Below, in pieces: positions 42,671 to 56,351 of a stretch of 64,000 nt of DNA. A program made the translations under genes and the position numbers. The DNA lies in NCBI GenBank assembly GCA_951406725.2, contig OX597822.1:14074001-14138000 (forward strand), written 5' to 3'. Position 1 is the first letter of the stretch, and each line of letters begins with the position of its first letter. The notes beneath the pieces are model-generated. The model had not been told where the DNA came from. It worked only from the letters and a program-made list of their open reading frames with translations, and made no database searches. The DNA is from Octopus vulgaris (Eukaryota).

Positions 42671-43813
42671 ATTGATTTGTGCAGCTTCTTAGTTCTGCAA
42701 GTTTTGCAGAAACACAATCAAAAATAATTTTTTAAAAAAAAACACAAATAAAATATTTCCTTTATTTGCTACTTTTGGTGAGATTTTTTTCCGTTTGTTA
42801 AATCACATAATTATCATTGTTTGTTTTCTGTTTTAAATATTAATTCTTTAATCTTATTTATCACCGGATTTCAAACTCAATTCCCATATTGAATTTTAAG
42901 AACTCATCCTCCTCATCATCACATCATCGTTATCATCATCTTTGTTATCACAAATAAAGATTTCTCATTTAGTTTACAAGTTCAAAAATTTCCACAAGAA
43001 AAATGAAAGGAGAATGAGATGTTGTGATATTCATGCATTTCTAAAAGCCATTGATAACATGGGTGAAGAGAAATCTTTCAATATCTCGTACATCATCATC
43101 ATTTAATATTGATTTCTGTTAATGACGCTTTCCAGACAAATATTTATGATATAATGGGTAAAATTTGGTCGAAGGACCCCCAATATATTACTGGTATTGA
43201 ATTACTTAATTCTTGACAATCTTTCTGATCTCAACATTTTCTCATTTGTTCCTCTGTGTGCTGATGTGGGTTGGATACGTTTGCAAATTCTTAACTGACT
43301 ACGTTAATTAATTAATGGCTAACTGAATCTTTGCCATGGAATAAGTTGATGATGGAAAGATTAATGACACAGATGTTAGTGATGATAATGTTGGTGTTCT
43401 TGTTGTTGCTGTTGCTGCTTATTTGATTAGGGAGACAAAAACCACAAAGTTGAGTTGGCAGGTAAGCAATCCAGCAAGTATCCCTCACATCTATGGTTCA
43501 AACCTGGGTAGCAAAAAATAGAGAAAAGAAGAAAAAAAAATCAATTGGTATTAACGAAACAAAATGGTATTTGTGCATATAAATATGTGTGTATGTGTAT
43601 GAATTTATATATGTGTCTATGTAAGCATGCTTCCTGTTAAGCAAGAATGTGAGCATGTATGTATATATATGTATACAGCTATGTATACTTGTGAATGTAT
43701 TTTTCATGCATAGATTTGTGTATGTGTGGGTGAGTATATATACATATGAGTGTGCGTGTATGTGTTTATAGCTTAAATAAATATATACATATATACATGT
43801 GTGTGTATATATA

Positions 43814-44672
43814 CAGGGTGCAATGGGTAAATTGTCACCATTTTATAGTTTTAATTTCACATATGTATATTATTTTTGATTTTGTCAACTACACAGTAAA
43901 GTAGGGTCAGTTGGGCACCATCTGTGAGAAAAACAGCACTGTGACACAATTCCATCTGCCAGAAATTTGGAAATAATATGCTATACTGTTTGGCATTCAC
44001 ACTGAAAGCACCAATATGAATATTTCAGAGTGTTTGGGTGTCACTCTGAGGACATGTACCGAGAGTGATAAAAATCAAACAGCCAGTCAACATCATGGTA
44101 TTTGGAGTGATCACTAGTGATGGTGATGTTATGCCTCCACTTATCTTCCCATATGGCCCCAGACTCATCACAGAAACCTACATCAAGTGCCTGAAGGAGG
44201 TAGTGCTGCCCTGGGTCAAGAGGATGGCTGCTAGAAGATCCTATGTCTGGCAACAGAATTCTGCACCATGCCACACAAGCAGGAGAACACAGTCATGGCT
44301 GTCAGACAATTTCTGCAACCACATCACCCCTAACATCTGGCCACCCTTCTCCCCAGACTGTAACCCCCTTGATTATTATGTGTGGGGTACAGTTGAGCAA
44401 GAGACCAATAAAACTCCAACGATAAACTGAAGGCAAGGATTATGGCAGCAGTCACCACCATAAAGAAGGAGACTGTCCAGAAGAGATGCCGGAGAGTCCA
44501 AAGTCGTCTGGAGGCTGCGGTTGAAGCCAATGGCGATTTTATTGAATTAATTTACCATTTAGTATTTCAAGATATTTTTATGTAATTTTGGTAAATATAT
44601 CTGTTGAAATAAGATGTCAGTGTTATTTCCATTTTTGTGTAATTTAGATGACAATTTATTCACTGCACCTTG
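43814..44672 (+). mobile_element. Internally deleted maT (DD37D) transposon
   Basis: TIRs CAGGGTGCAATGGGTAAATTGTCA / TGACAATTTATTCACTGCACCTTG with TA flanks. In WQQ[N]SAPCH...WPPFSPDCNPL[D]YYVWG there are 37 residues between the catalytic positions. Confidence 0.9.
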
Positions 44673-45440
44673 TATATATACTTACGCACATGATGGTAAC
44701 TGACAATGGTTAAATGGTGTATGTGTAGATGGTACTGGTGGTGGCATGGAGTGGTGATGATAGTAGTGGTGGTCATCATAAATGTGATGATGATAGTGGT
44801 GTTGGTGATGATGGTGGTAATGGTGATGATGGTGGTGGTTGTGGTAACTGTGGTTGTTGGTACTGTAACTGGTGGTTGTGGTGGTGGAAATGGTAGTGGT
44901 GGTAGTTTTGATGATGGCGGCGGCGGCGGTGGTGGTGGTGGTGGTAGATGTGATGATGGTGGTGTTGGTGGTGACTCTTATAACTGACATAGCAAGCAAA
45001 TTCTAATCTTCATATTGGTTGGTGGGCTGTGGGGGGTGGGGGATAAAATAAGGTTTACTTTAGTACTTTGCATTTCATTACAAAACCCAATGGAGAGAAG
45101 GAGGAGGGGGAGGAAGAGGAGGAAGAGGAGGAGGGGAAGAAGAAGAAGAAGAAGAAGAAGAAGAAGAAGAAGAAGAAGAAGAAGAAGAAGAAATGAGAAC
45201 AACAACAATACCAATGTCTAGGGCATAATTAAACTTAACTACCAAATGCAATAGGAATTGGTGCCAAACCTGAAGAACAGCATTTCAGGTAAAGAAGAGA
45301 GAGAGAGAGAGAGAGAGGGGAGAGGGAGAGAGAGAGAGAATTGTAATATTTGTTCCTTCTTTTTAAATTGCAGAGAGGTAGACAGAACAGCAAATATATA
45401 AGAGAGAAATGAGCATATCTGTCCGTGTGTCACTAAGAGT

Positions 45441-45488
<48 letters not shown>

Positions 45489-45615
45489 GTCAGAGTTATA
45501 CATGAGTAGCTGCAGAAATATCTAGATGTCCCGAAAGGTTACCATAAGGTGTGTAAGTGTGTGTGTGTAAATGTATAGGTGTGTGTTTGTGCTTCTCTCT
45601 CTCTCTCCTTCTCTC

Positions 45616-45662
<47 letters not shown>

Positions 45663-45767
45663 TACACATACAAATTACAACTATTTAGCGGTTTAAGTTT
45701 GGCTGCTCTTTCTAGTGAATTGAATGTCCTATTATGGCCATTCCTTATATTGTTGAATATATATATG

Positions 45768-45798
<31 letters not shown>

Positions 45799-45902
45799 AT
45801 GTGTGTGTGTATATATATATATATATATACTTACATACACACATATATATATATATGTATGTGTGTGTGTATGCATGTATGCATATATGTGTGTGTGTAT
45901 AT

Positions 45903-45936
<34 letters not shown>

Positions 45937-46496
45937 AAGAGAGGGGAGAGAGAGAATGTGTATATCTTATAATCTCAGCATAAGTTGTGAGCTGAAGACA
46001 ATTCAGGCTCGTTTCCAAGTCGTTGCTACTGCACTTTCTCTGGAAAGCTGTGTCCTTGGGAAAGGCATGAATGTTACCACTTCCAATACCCCCCATTCTC
46101 CTGAAGTTATGAGGACTTGTCACTCATCGATGGACACTTACTGATATTGCAGGTCAAGTAGACTCCCTTTTCATTGGACTTTTACAGACAGACAGGCAGA
46201 CACATACACACACATATATATATATATACATGCATACATATATGTAGACACACATATTCATCCATCCGTACATACATACATACATACGTACATGCATACA
46301 TACACATATGCACACATATACATGCATATATAAGCATACATACATATACATGCATACATACAAGCATGCATATACATGCATACATAGACACACATACATG
46401 TATACATTCATACATACATAAATATACATCAATATACACATACATTTACGTGCGTGTGTGTGTATGTATGTTTTTACATACATACATACATACATG

Positions 46497-46930
46497 AAAG
46501 AACACCTATGCTGAGCTATTGAGAAATCTGTAGTTACTCTAACCAGATTACAAGTTCAGGTTTATACCTGTAATTATTGGGACCCTGGGATATGTAACAC
46601 ACTGCCTAAATACCAATCTTAAGAAATTGGGATTCTCAAAACCAGAAAGGAGAAAGCTGATTCAAACACTACAGATCAGAGCCATCGATGGAACTGTAAA
46701 AATCTGTAAAACTTTCCAGAAGTTTTTCATTTAAGTATATATGAGCATGTCTAGATAAGCAAATATATGCATGAGAATACATACATAAGACATACAAATC
46801 TGCACATACATACATACATACATACATACCCTGTTGTTGATATTGAAATTCCAATGAAGGAACCTCGGATCTAGGTTAGAAACCAGTTCTTTCCTATTAG
46901 CAAGAAATCTTGAAATAAACTGAATAATAA
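46497..46930 (+). mobile_element. R4/Dong-like LINE 3' end (restriction-like endonuclease remnant)
   Basis: TYAELLRNL*LL*PDYKFRFIPVIIGTLGYVTHCLNTNLKKLGF...LQIRAIDGTVKICKTF. Flanked by (CATA)n. The terminal 100 bp recur at about 47350-47450. Confidence 0.7.
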
Positions 46931-47589
46931 CATCCATCCATCCATACATACATACATACATGCATACACACAAACATACTTACAAACACACATACATACA
47001 CACATACATACATACATACATAAATACATACATATATACATACAAACATACTTACAAACACACATACATACACACATACACACATACATATATACATACA
47101 TACATACATACATACATACATACATACATACATAAATACATAACATACATACATACATACAAACATACTTACAAACACACATACATACACACATACACAC
47201 ATACATATATACATACATACACACATACATACATACATACATACATACATACATACATACATACATACATACATACACACATACACACATACATACATAC
47301 ATACATACATACATACATACATACATACATACATACATACAAAAATACCTTGTTGTTGATGTTGAAATTCCAATGAAGGAACCTTGGATCTAGGTTAGAA
47401 ACCAGTTCTTCCTCTATTAGCAAGAAATCTGGAAATAAACTGAACAATGACATACACACATAGGAAAGGGTCCAATAACCTCTCACACCTTTTCTTTATT
47501 GATGACCCGAAGCTCTGTGGGCCAAATATTATCCACATCAAAAAAACAATTGGGTCCTATAACCCAACACTCCTAAGACATTAGAATTG

Positions 47590-47970
47590 AAATTGATGAG
47601 TACAAATGTGCATTTTTGGTGGTAAAATATGGCACAATTGTGCCCTGATCTTAAATAAACTAAAATACAACTTTCTGCTCTCTAAGGAAAGTTACAAATA
47701 TCTTGGATAGGATGAGAATACCAGCTATGAGGAATCCTGCAATAAGGTGAGGATGAAGGATGAGAACCTCAAAAGGATGAAATAAAATTTGGTCAGCTGA
47801 ACAAATTGCCTACATCACCTTTACAGCACCTGTCCTCACACCTATGTTTAGCCTTCTGAACTGGTTGTTACAAGAACTCTATGACATAGAAGTCTGAACT
47901 CACAAGCTGCTCAGTGTTAAAGGAAACTTTGACATCACTGGAGATGTAGATAAGGTATACTTGTGATGCA
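47590..47970 (+). pseudogene. Decayed R4/Dong-like RT thumb fragment
   Basis: ESYKYLG*DEN and FTAPVLTPMFSLLNW..ELYDIEV*THKLL...GNF....DVDKVY resemble the post-RT region of R4-clade elements. Confidence 0.55.
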
Positions 47971-50385
47971 AGGATTTGCAACCATGAAATAGACAACATA
48001 AGAATGGCTAATGAACCTGAGCAGAGATATGAAATTAGAGCTGATACAAATCTCTTACCCAGAAATGTGGTTTCAAATGGGGCAACAGGTTTGGCCTCCA
48101 CTCTGAATGCTTGGCTGTTTTTATTGTATATTGACCAATAAAACAAATAAGCTTTCAAAATATTCTTTTCTGCTCTAGGCACAAGGCCTGAAATTTTGGG
48201 GGAGGGAACCAGTCGATTAGATCGACCCCAGTATGCAAGTGGTACTTGATTTATTGACCCCGAAAGGATGAAAGACAAAGTCAACCTTGGTGGAATTTGA
48301 ACTCAGAACATAAAGACAGACGAAATACTGCTAAGTATTTCACCCAGAATACTAACAATTCTGTCAGCTCATTGCCTTAAGTTACCAAAATATTGCAAAT
48401 CCTTTGACACAACATCGTATTATATGTCTGTCCTTGTTTATCACTGAGTCATTCATCACAAAAAGCTCAATTGCAAACCATGTTGCATTTATCATGAACT
48501 GATCTGTGATAATACAGGTCAGAGATTAACCAAAGATCTTTCATAAACAGCAAAAGCACACCCCAGTGACCATCCACAATCCTCAGGATAATCTGAGGTC
48601 CCAGAATGAATCCTATTGTTACCATAAGTTCTACTATTCCTTTATCAGTGATATATTTATCGTGGTGTCTTTTTGGAACCAAACTCCTGTGATAAACAAG
48701 GACAGATGAACCAAACTTAAATTTTAATAACAGCTAGGTGAATGAACTGAAAGCTTTACATGAAGGTCTCTTGCCCAGTTGGGGTCCAGTAGCCAAGCAG
48801 TGCAGATCTGGTCATCATCCTGTTAGTGCAGTGGATAAAACAGACTGGGAAAAAGAAGTTAACAAGATAAGAATGGCATATTCAGAAGTGAGTCAAAAAT
48901 GTAAAGATTCTTGAAAAGAATGTTGAACATTTAAAAAGAGATTCAAATATTTCACGTCTCAATGAATGAAAAACAAATTGCCAACCAAATACTTTATGTT
49001 AGGAATAAGAAATACCTGTATGGCTTAGAAATTGAAGAAATACAGAGAAAGATTAACCAAGAATTAGACGAACCAACAAACCAAAAACAGCAACTCTTCG
49101 TTAATCAGGTAAATGTAATTACCACAGTTGAAGCATGGACAAGTAAGAGTGGTAAGATACGTTCCATCATAACCATTTTGGTACTGCTTTTGCAGTCTGA
49201 AGGTTGTTGGTGGTCTGTGGAGGTGATTTGTTGATGAATGGAAATATGTTTCTTGGGCTGCATTTAGAAGTAACTGAACAACACCCAGAAACATCATTGC
49301 ATTTAAAGACAAACTGTGTTGGTCTTCACACAGATAACAACAGAGAGATACTGCTTGGAGTTTATGGCAAGCCATTGAGAGGGCAACATGGGGCTTGCCC
49401 AACACAACTGGAGACAATTGTGGTATATTCGTAGTGACAGAGGGTCCTGTCATCACTCTGTACCGTCTGTCTTAGACACCTTCCTGGCTATCTGGCTCTT
49501 AAAAATGTGAGCCAAACAGTTTTTGTAAGGGACTGGAAGCCAAATTCTAGAATATTCAAGAAAACCTGACTGGTCTGTTAATAGACCAATCACATGAAAC
49601 TACAGTGGTTTGTTCGTGTTGTCTGACTGTGTATCCAGGGATTCAGTTTCAAATCACCCCTACACTGACAATTTGGGATCATTGATTTGATGTTGTTTGA
49701 CATCAGACATTTCAGTGTTTCTTTTATTTTAATGTTTTTCTCATTCTCTCCTTCTTTTCCTCTCTTTCCCCCTCTCCCTGTATGTGTATATTTTTTCATG
49801 TACATGTATGTGTGCGCATGTGTGTATTCATATGTATGTGTGTGTGCATGCATGTGTGTGTCTGCATGTGTGTATGTGTCCGTTTGCCCCCAGTGCCAAA
49901 AAGTACTGTCATCAAAAGAGGCTGAAATTCCAGTCAGCCATGCCAAATCTCCAGCACCCAAACAGCCATGCCCAAGCATATCATTCTAAATTAAGAACAC
50001 ACAGAGCAAAAGAGAATTTGGGGTTGGTAGCCTTAAAGATGTGAGTAGAGGGCTATGAAATAAAACAGAGACAGAAGCTGAAGGAATCAAAGGCAGTTAC
50101 AGTCAGTTAAATTGAGAATAGGGTGTCAAAATAAGGTTTAAAAAAAGACACCGTAAACTGAAAGTGAACTGTGCAATTGATGAGATACTCTGCGAGAACA
50201 TTTACAGATACTAAGATAATGGTAATAGTAGGTGGCGCTAATGTTGTTGCAGATATGTTGGGGGAAAAAGAAAAGATAAATGGAGAATTAGCAGGGATTT
50301 TGGTGGAAAATATAGATTAAATAAAGTAGACTGGGCTAGACAGAAATCGAAATGTAAAGTGAGAGCTTACATAATATGTGCAGTA

Positions 50386-50768
50386 GGAGGCGCAATGGCC
50401 CAGTGGTTAGGGCAGCAGACTCACGGTCGTAGGATCGCGGTTTCGATTCCTAGACCAGGCGTTGTGAGTGTTAATTGAGCAAAAACACCTAAAGCCCCAC
50501 GAGGCTCCGGCAGGGATGGTGGTGATCCCTGCTGTACTCTTTCACCACAACTTTCTCTCACTCTTACTTCCTGTTTCTGTTGTACCTGTATTTCAAAGGG
50601 CTGGCCTTGTCACTCTCTGTGTCACGCTGAATATCCCCGAGAACTACGTTAAGGGTACACGTGTCTGTGGAGTGCTCAGCCACTTGCACGTTAATTTCAC
50701 GAGCAGGCTGTTCCATTGATCGGATCAACCAGAACCCTTGTCGTCGTAACCGACGGAGTGCTTCCACC
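50386..50768 (+). mobile_element. tRNA-derived SINE, family C (full copy)
   Basis: GGAGGCGCAATGGCCCAGTGGTTAGGGCAGCAGACTC...GGTTTCGATTCC head. A second, diverged copy lies at about 51053-51297. Confidence 0.8.
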
Positions 50769-51957
50769 ACACAATATGTGCAGTGGAGAGGATAAGACTC
50801 ACTAATCCAGGATTAAACAAAAATTAGTTTTAGTAGAAGGAAAAAAACCTGTACACCCAGGGTAGATTTTTTTTTTCCTACTGAAGCTAAATTTTGATTT
50901 AAGGTTTTCTTCGATTTTAAATGATATGATTTTAAATCATAATTTTAATTTCCTATGACCGGTTATTGAAGAGACTCTTAGTTGAAAGGACCAATGAAAC
51001 AAAGCCAATTTCAAATGTGCATCTATCGATGTAATTGTAAATTTATACATAATGGAGGCACAATGGTCCAGTGGTTAGGGCAGCAGACTTGCGGACGTAG
51101 GATCAGTTTCAATTCCCAGACCAGCTGTTGTGCATGTTTATTGAGTGAAAACACCTAAAGCATCATGAGGATCCAGCAGGGTATGGTGGCAAACCCTGCT
51201 GTACTCTCTCACCATAACTTTCTCTCACTCTTTCTTTCCGTTTCTGTTGTACCTGTATTTCAAAAGGGCCTGTCACATTGAATCTGCCTGAGAACTACTA
51301 TTCATCACAAAAAAAATCATCTCTCTCTCTCTTTCTCTAAATTTCTTTGTCTCTCTTTCTCTCCCTCTCTTTTTCTTTCTCTCTCTCTCTCTTCGCCACC
51401 ACCCTCACCAATCTCTATGCCTGCTATTACTCTTAACCCAGCACAAAGATGTGTCATTGAATAGTGAGAGAGGGGGTCAAAGTGTGACACACTGACACAC
51501 AGAAATTAGTGTTTGCATTTATTATATTAGAAGTATATATATATATGTGTGTGTGTGTGTGTGCATGTACACACATACACACACACACACATCACGTTAT
51601 ACATTTTCAAAACTTGTTCATTGCAGTATATATATTCTCATTAAATTCCCATCAGAGTCCAATATGTGTTTCTGTAGCATAAATGTCCTTTGATGTAGCA
51701 CTTAAATGCATTTTGTTGGTTCGGTTACAATCCATGTTCCATCCAGGTTGGACATTCCTATGCTGCTTTCATAAAGGATTTATACATGTGGATGGGTGAA
51801 GCGAATTGAGGAATTCAGTGTTAGAAAGCTCTTCTTAATATTAATCTTAAGCAATTCTGCATGTTCCCCATCATTTAATCTGGTTAGCCAGAACCTGGAT
51901 TATCTCAGAGTTCCTAATAAAATACCTGCCTGCATCTCATCTTCCTATTCTTTTATG

Positions 51958-52010
<53 letters not shown>

Positions 52011-52181
52011 TGAGTGTTTGTGTATGTGTGTGGCGTTCTGATACAATGCTGATCGTTGTAATAATGGTTGTGAGTGGTGATTGTGAAATACACACATACA
52101 CAGCATTACTCTTTCTCATTCATCATCTTTCTCTTTGTCCCCCCCCCCGCCTCTCTCTCTCTGTTTTTTTCTCTTTCTCTA

Positions 52182-52229
<48 letters not shown>

Positions 52230-52489
52230 CATTCTGTCTCCCATCACAATATCTTTTCCTACCTTTACCCATATTGTTCCCCTCAGAACACTCCCCCTTC
52301 TCCTCTAATTATCAGCCTCTTCTGCCCTCCACCCACCCCACCAGTAACCCTGCCATCACCCCAGCCCCTGCCCCAACATATGTTTATAACATACACAGAG
52401 TGGAAAGCTGAAGAATTCTTACCTTAACAACCCAAAGAGAGAACCCAGCAAATTCTTTCCAATATCTGCCAGCTAAAAACAGCTGCAGG

Positions 52490-52550
52490 TTTGTGGTGAT
52501 GGCAGCAGCGGTGGTGGTGGTGGTGGTAGTGGTAGTAATGCTGCTGATGG

Positions 52551-52581
<31 letters not shown>

Positions 52582-52965
52582 GATGGTGGTGGTGATGGTA
52601 ATGCTGGTGATGGTGGTGGTGGTGATGGTGGCGGTGGTGATGGTGGTTGTAGTGGTAGTAATACTGCTGATGGTGATGATGATGGTGATGGTGGTGGTGG
52701 TGGTGGTGGTGGTGGTGGTAGTGTGGTGGTAATATGCTGATGGTGATGATGATGGTGGTGGTGGTGGTGGTGGTGGTGGTGGTGGTGGTGGTGATGGTGA
52801 TGATGGTGGTGGTAGTGGTGATGGTGGTTGTAGTGGTAGTAATACTGCTGATGGTGATGATGATGGTGATGGTGGTGGTGGTGGTGGTGGTGGTGGTGGT
52901 AGTAATGCTGCTGATGGTGACGGTGGTGGTAGTGGTGGTGGTAAAAGTGGTGGAGCAGTGGTTGT
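52490..52965. repeat. (GGT)n/(GAT)n trinucleotide tract
   Basis: Low-complexity repeat that produces spurious poly-V/M ORFs. Confidence 0.95.
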
Positions 52966-53546
52966 GATTATGGTAAGTGTTTGTGCTGGTGCTGCAGCTG
53001 ATGATGATGATGATGATGAAATTAATGGTCTTTATTTATGAGAGTTCGTTTGTGTTTTGGTCATTATAAACCAAAATACTACAAATTCTTAACCTTTCTC
53101 CTTAAAAATAAATATATATGCACGGCTAACTGGAATATAAACAGATTAAAACACAAGAACACAAGATTCTTCAGAAGGGTTCAAAGTCAAGTAGCAAAAA
53201 TTCTGAGAAAAAAATTATTGTTTCCTAGTTTTTCGTTTGGTTTTTACTATTTTAATTTAAAATGAACTTAACGGGGACGATGGGGTCAACTTCACTTTTA
53301 TTTATTTATTTAGTTATTTATTTATTCTTTTGCTTGTTTCAGTCATTTGACTGGGGCCATGTTGGAGCACCATCTTTAGTTAAACAAACTGATCCCAGGA
53401 CTTATTTTTTGTAAGCCTAGTACTTATTCTATCGGTCTCCTTTACTGTGCTGCTAAGTTACGGGGACATTAACACACCAACATCGGTTGTCAAGCGATGT
53501 TGTGGTTAGAAACACAGACACACAAATATATACATACATACACATG

Positions 53547-53585
<39 letters not shown>

Positions 53586-53787
53586 ACAGACGCCATGATA
53601 GATCGTTAGCCACTACACACATTTTTTTTCTTTCCTTGTTTCTCTCCTTGTTTTTTCTGTGTCCCTTTCTGTAGAAGAGCGTAGGCTTGAAACGTAAAAG
53701 ACTTTTTCTATTCCTGAGTGTTATACTAATACATCTGTTTGTTTTGTACACCACCTGTCTTCGTCTTTTGTTTTTTTTGTAAACTCT

Positions 53788-53823
<36 letters not shown>

Positions 53824-54132
53824 TCATCATCATCATCATCGTTTAACGTCCGTTCTCCATGCTAGCATGGGTTGGACGGTTCGACCGGGGATCTGGGAAG
53901 CCAGAAGGCTGCACCAGGCTCCAGTCTTATCTGGCAATGTTTCTACAGCTGGATGCCCTTCCTAACGCCAACCACTCCGTGAGTGTAGTGGGTGCTTTTT
54001 ACGTGCCACCTGCACAGGTGCCAGGCGAGGCTGGCAACGGCCACGGTCGGATTGGTGTATTTTATGTGCCACCGGCACGGAAGCCAGTCGAGGCGGCGCT
54101 GGCATCGGCCACATATTTATATATATATATAT

Positions 54133-54232
<100 letters not shown>

Positions 54233-54373
54233 AAATGAAGAAAATGCTGACAAATAATTGAAGTAATTTAAGTAATTTAATTAGGTGAAAGTTCTTTTTA
54301 CCGGTTGCGCATTTGTTATGCTTATCAAAATATAAAAGAGAGATTAGAGTTCCTTTCTTATAGAATTTTTCCT

Positions 54374-54430
<57 letters not shown>

Positions 54431-55685
54431 TGTTAGGAAGGGCATGGCGTTAGGAAGAGCATCCAGCTGTAGAAACTCTGCCAGATCAGATTGGAGCCTG
54501 GTGCAGCCATCTGGTTCGCCAGACCTCAGTCAAATCGTCCAACTCATGCTAACATGGAAAGTGGACGTTAAACGATGATTATGATGATATATATATATAT
54601 ATACATACGACAAGCTTCTTTCAGATTCCATCTCCCAAATCCACTCACAAGGCTTTGGTCAGCCCGAGGCTATAGTAGAAGACACTTGCCCAAGGTTCCA
54701 TGCAGTGGGACTGAACCTGGAACCATGTGGTTGGTAAGCAAGCTTCTTACCACACAGCCATACCTGCACCTATCTATTTATTTTGTTGTTTTGCAAGAGA
54801 AAAGAAGGCATAGTCATATGAATGATCTTTTACAATTCACTTATCAAGGAGCTGCCAGGAATTCCCTGTACTCTCTTCTTGTCCCTCCTTGTACCTTAAG
54901 GGCTCACTTTGACCCCTTATCACCACCATCATTATCTCTTTTACCAGCTCCATCTCAATTACTCCCACCGACTCCTCTATAATGACAGCCATGTATCACC
55001 CCTTCAGCAAACAACCGTTTCTGCCTTTTCTTTCACACTTAAACCTTTTAATACCAAGCATAAAATTGTTTTCCTCTCTTCTCCACTTTTGCTCAATCAA
55101 AGAGAGATCTTGGTTGGTTTTGCAAGTTACATGGCAACCTCACTGGTGCGGGTGCAATGGCAAAAGATCACCCATTCAATCCTCTGTGAAGTGGTTGGTG
55201 TCAAGAAGGGTACCCAGCTGCAGAAACACTGCCACAGCAGACATTGGCATGCAACACAATCTTCTCACCCAACCTATGCCAACATGGGAGATGGATGTTA
55301 AATGATGATGATGCTCAACAATATTTCTTCTGAGTCTTAACATTCAGAGCTCGATTCTTAGCTTTGCCTTTCATTCATTCAAAGTGGATAAAATCAAGTA
55401 CTAGTCAAATACTGGGGTCATTGTAATTAACTTGCCCTCTTTCCTCAAAATTGCTGGCCTTGTCTTGAAAAGAAGGGTGTCCAGCTATAAACACCATTCC
55501 AAAGAAGATATTCAAGCTCAATGCAGTCCTAGGGCACATCAGATCCTGTCAAACTGTCCAAATGATGATAATATTGATGATGATGATGATAATGACGATG
55601 GTTACTAAGACCACCTCTGCTTCTTTGATACAAACTTTCTGTTTGAAAATGGACTAAATTAAAACTAATCTTTACATTAATTTAT

Positions 55686-56230
55686 ACACTATTTACATTA
55701 TTTACATTTGACGGATATTTGCCCTCATCTTGTTTGTTGTTAACACAACGTTTCAGCTGATATACCTTCCAGCCTTCATCGGGTGTCTTGGGGAAATTTC
55801 GAACCTGGGTTCTCATTCCTGAGGTATTTTTCGATGTTATCAATATTATTCAGGTCACTGCCTGGAATCGAATTTTGAATCTGAGGGTTAGTAGACTGCG
55901 CTATTAACCCCTACGCCATTTGCCCATGGACAATTATGGAGTGAATTTTAGGGCTTATAATTCTAATATTTTCCTATCCTTCCTTAATACCAGTTCCCAT
56001 ATGCTATTCATATCTGCACTCAGTCTGCTTAGGAGGTTGTTGCGTCATAGCATATGTGCTGCTTCTTTTAGTTTTTGTATTTTCCAGTGGTGTTCTCTGT
56101 CTATTATTTTAACTTCATCGCACAGTGGGAGGTGGTCTCCATTTTTCCATACATGACCAAGATGAGGACAAATATCCATCAAATGTAAATAATGTACATA
56201 ATTCCTCATCTCTTAAATATAAAACTGTTT
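55686..56230 (-). mobile_element. Penelope-derived tRNA-like + hammerhead element, copy 3, with GIY-YIG remnant
   Basis: TSD ATTAATTTAT (55676-55685 and 56231-56240). Minus strand: GIY-YIG end, tRNA-like module (55925-55853), decayed HHR (55787-55742). The inverted complete terminus is at 56156-56228. Confidence 0.8.
55955..56155 (-). pseudogene. Penelope GIY-YIG endonuclease C-terminal fragment
   Basis: HVWKNGDHLPLCDEVKIIDREHHWKIQKLKEAAHML*RNNLLSRLSADMNSIWELVLRKDRKILEL* fits the Penelope pattern H....GH...W..VKI.D.E..W..RK.KEA.H..., with one internal stop. Confidence 0.8.
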
Positions 56231-56351
56231 ATTAATTTATGGTCCAAACATCAGTTTAATAATGACCAAGTTATTTTACTAAATCCTTTGCTATTTCTAA
56301 AATTAATCAAGATGAAGAAATACGGTAGCAAAATGGATAGGTGCTTTGGTA

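Noticed and set aside
48860-49540. ORFs at 48962-49456 as host exons
   Set aside because: No coherent splice sites. NEKQIANQ...LEIEEIQRKI looks more like a decayed R4-like LINE N-terminus.
50386-50460. Functional tRNA gene
   Set aside because: The stems are imperfect and it runs into a repeated SINE body found elsewhere in the window.
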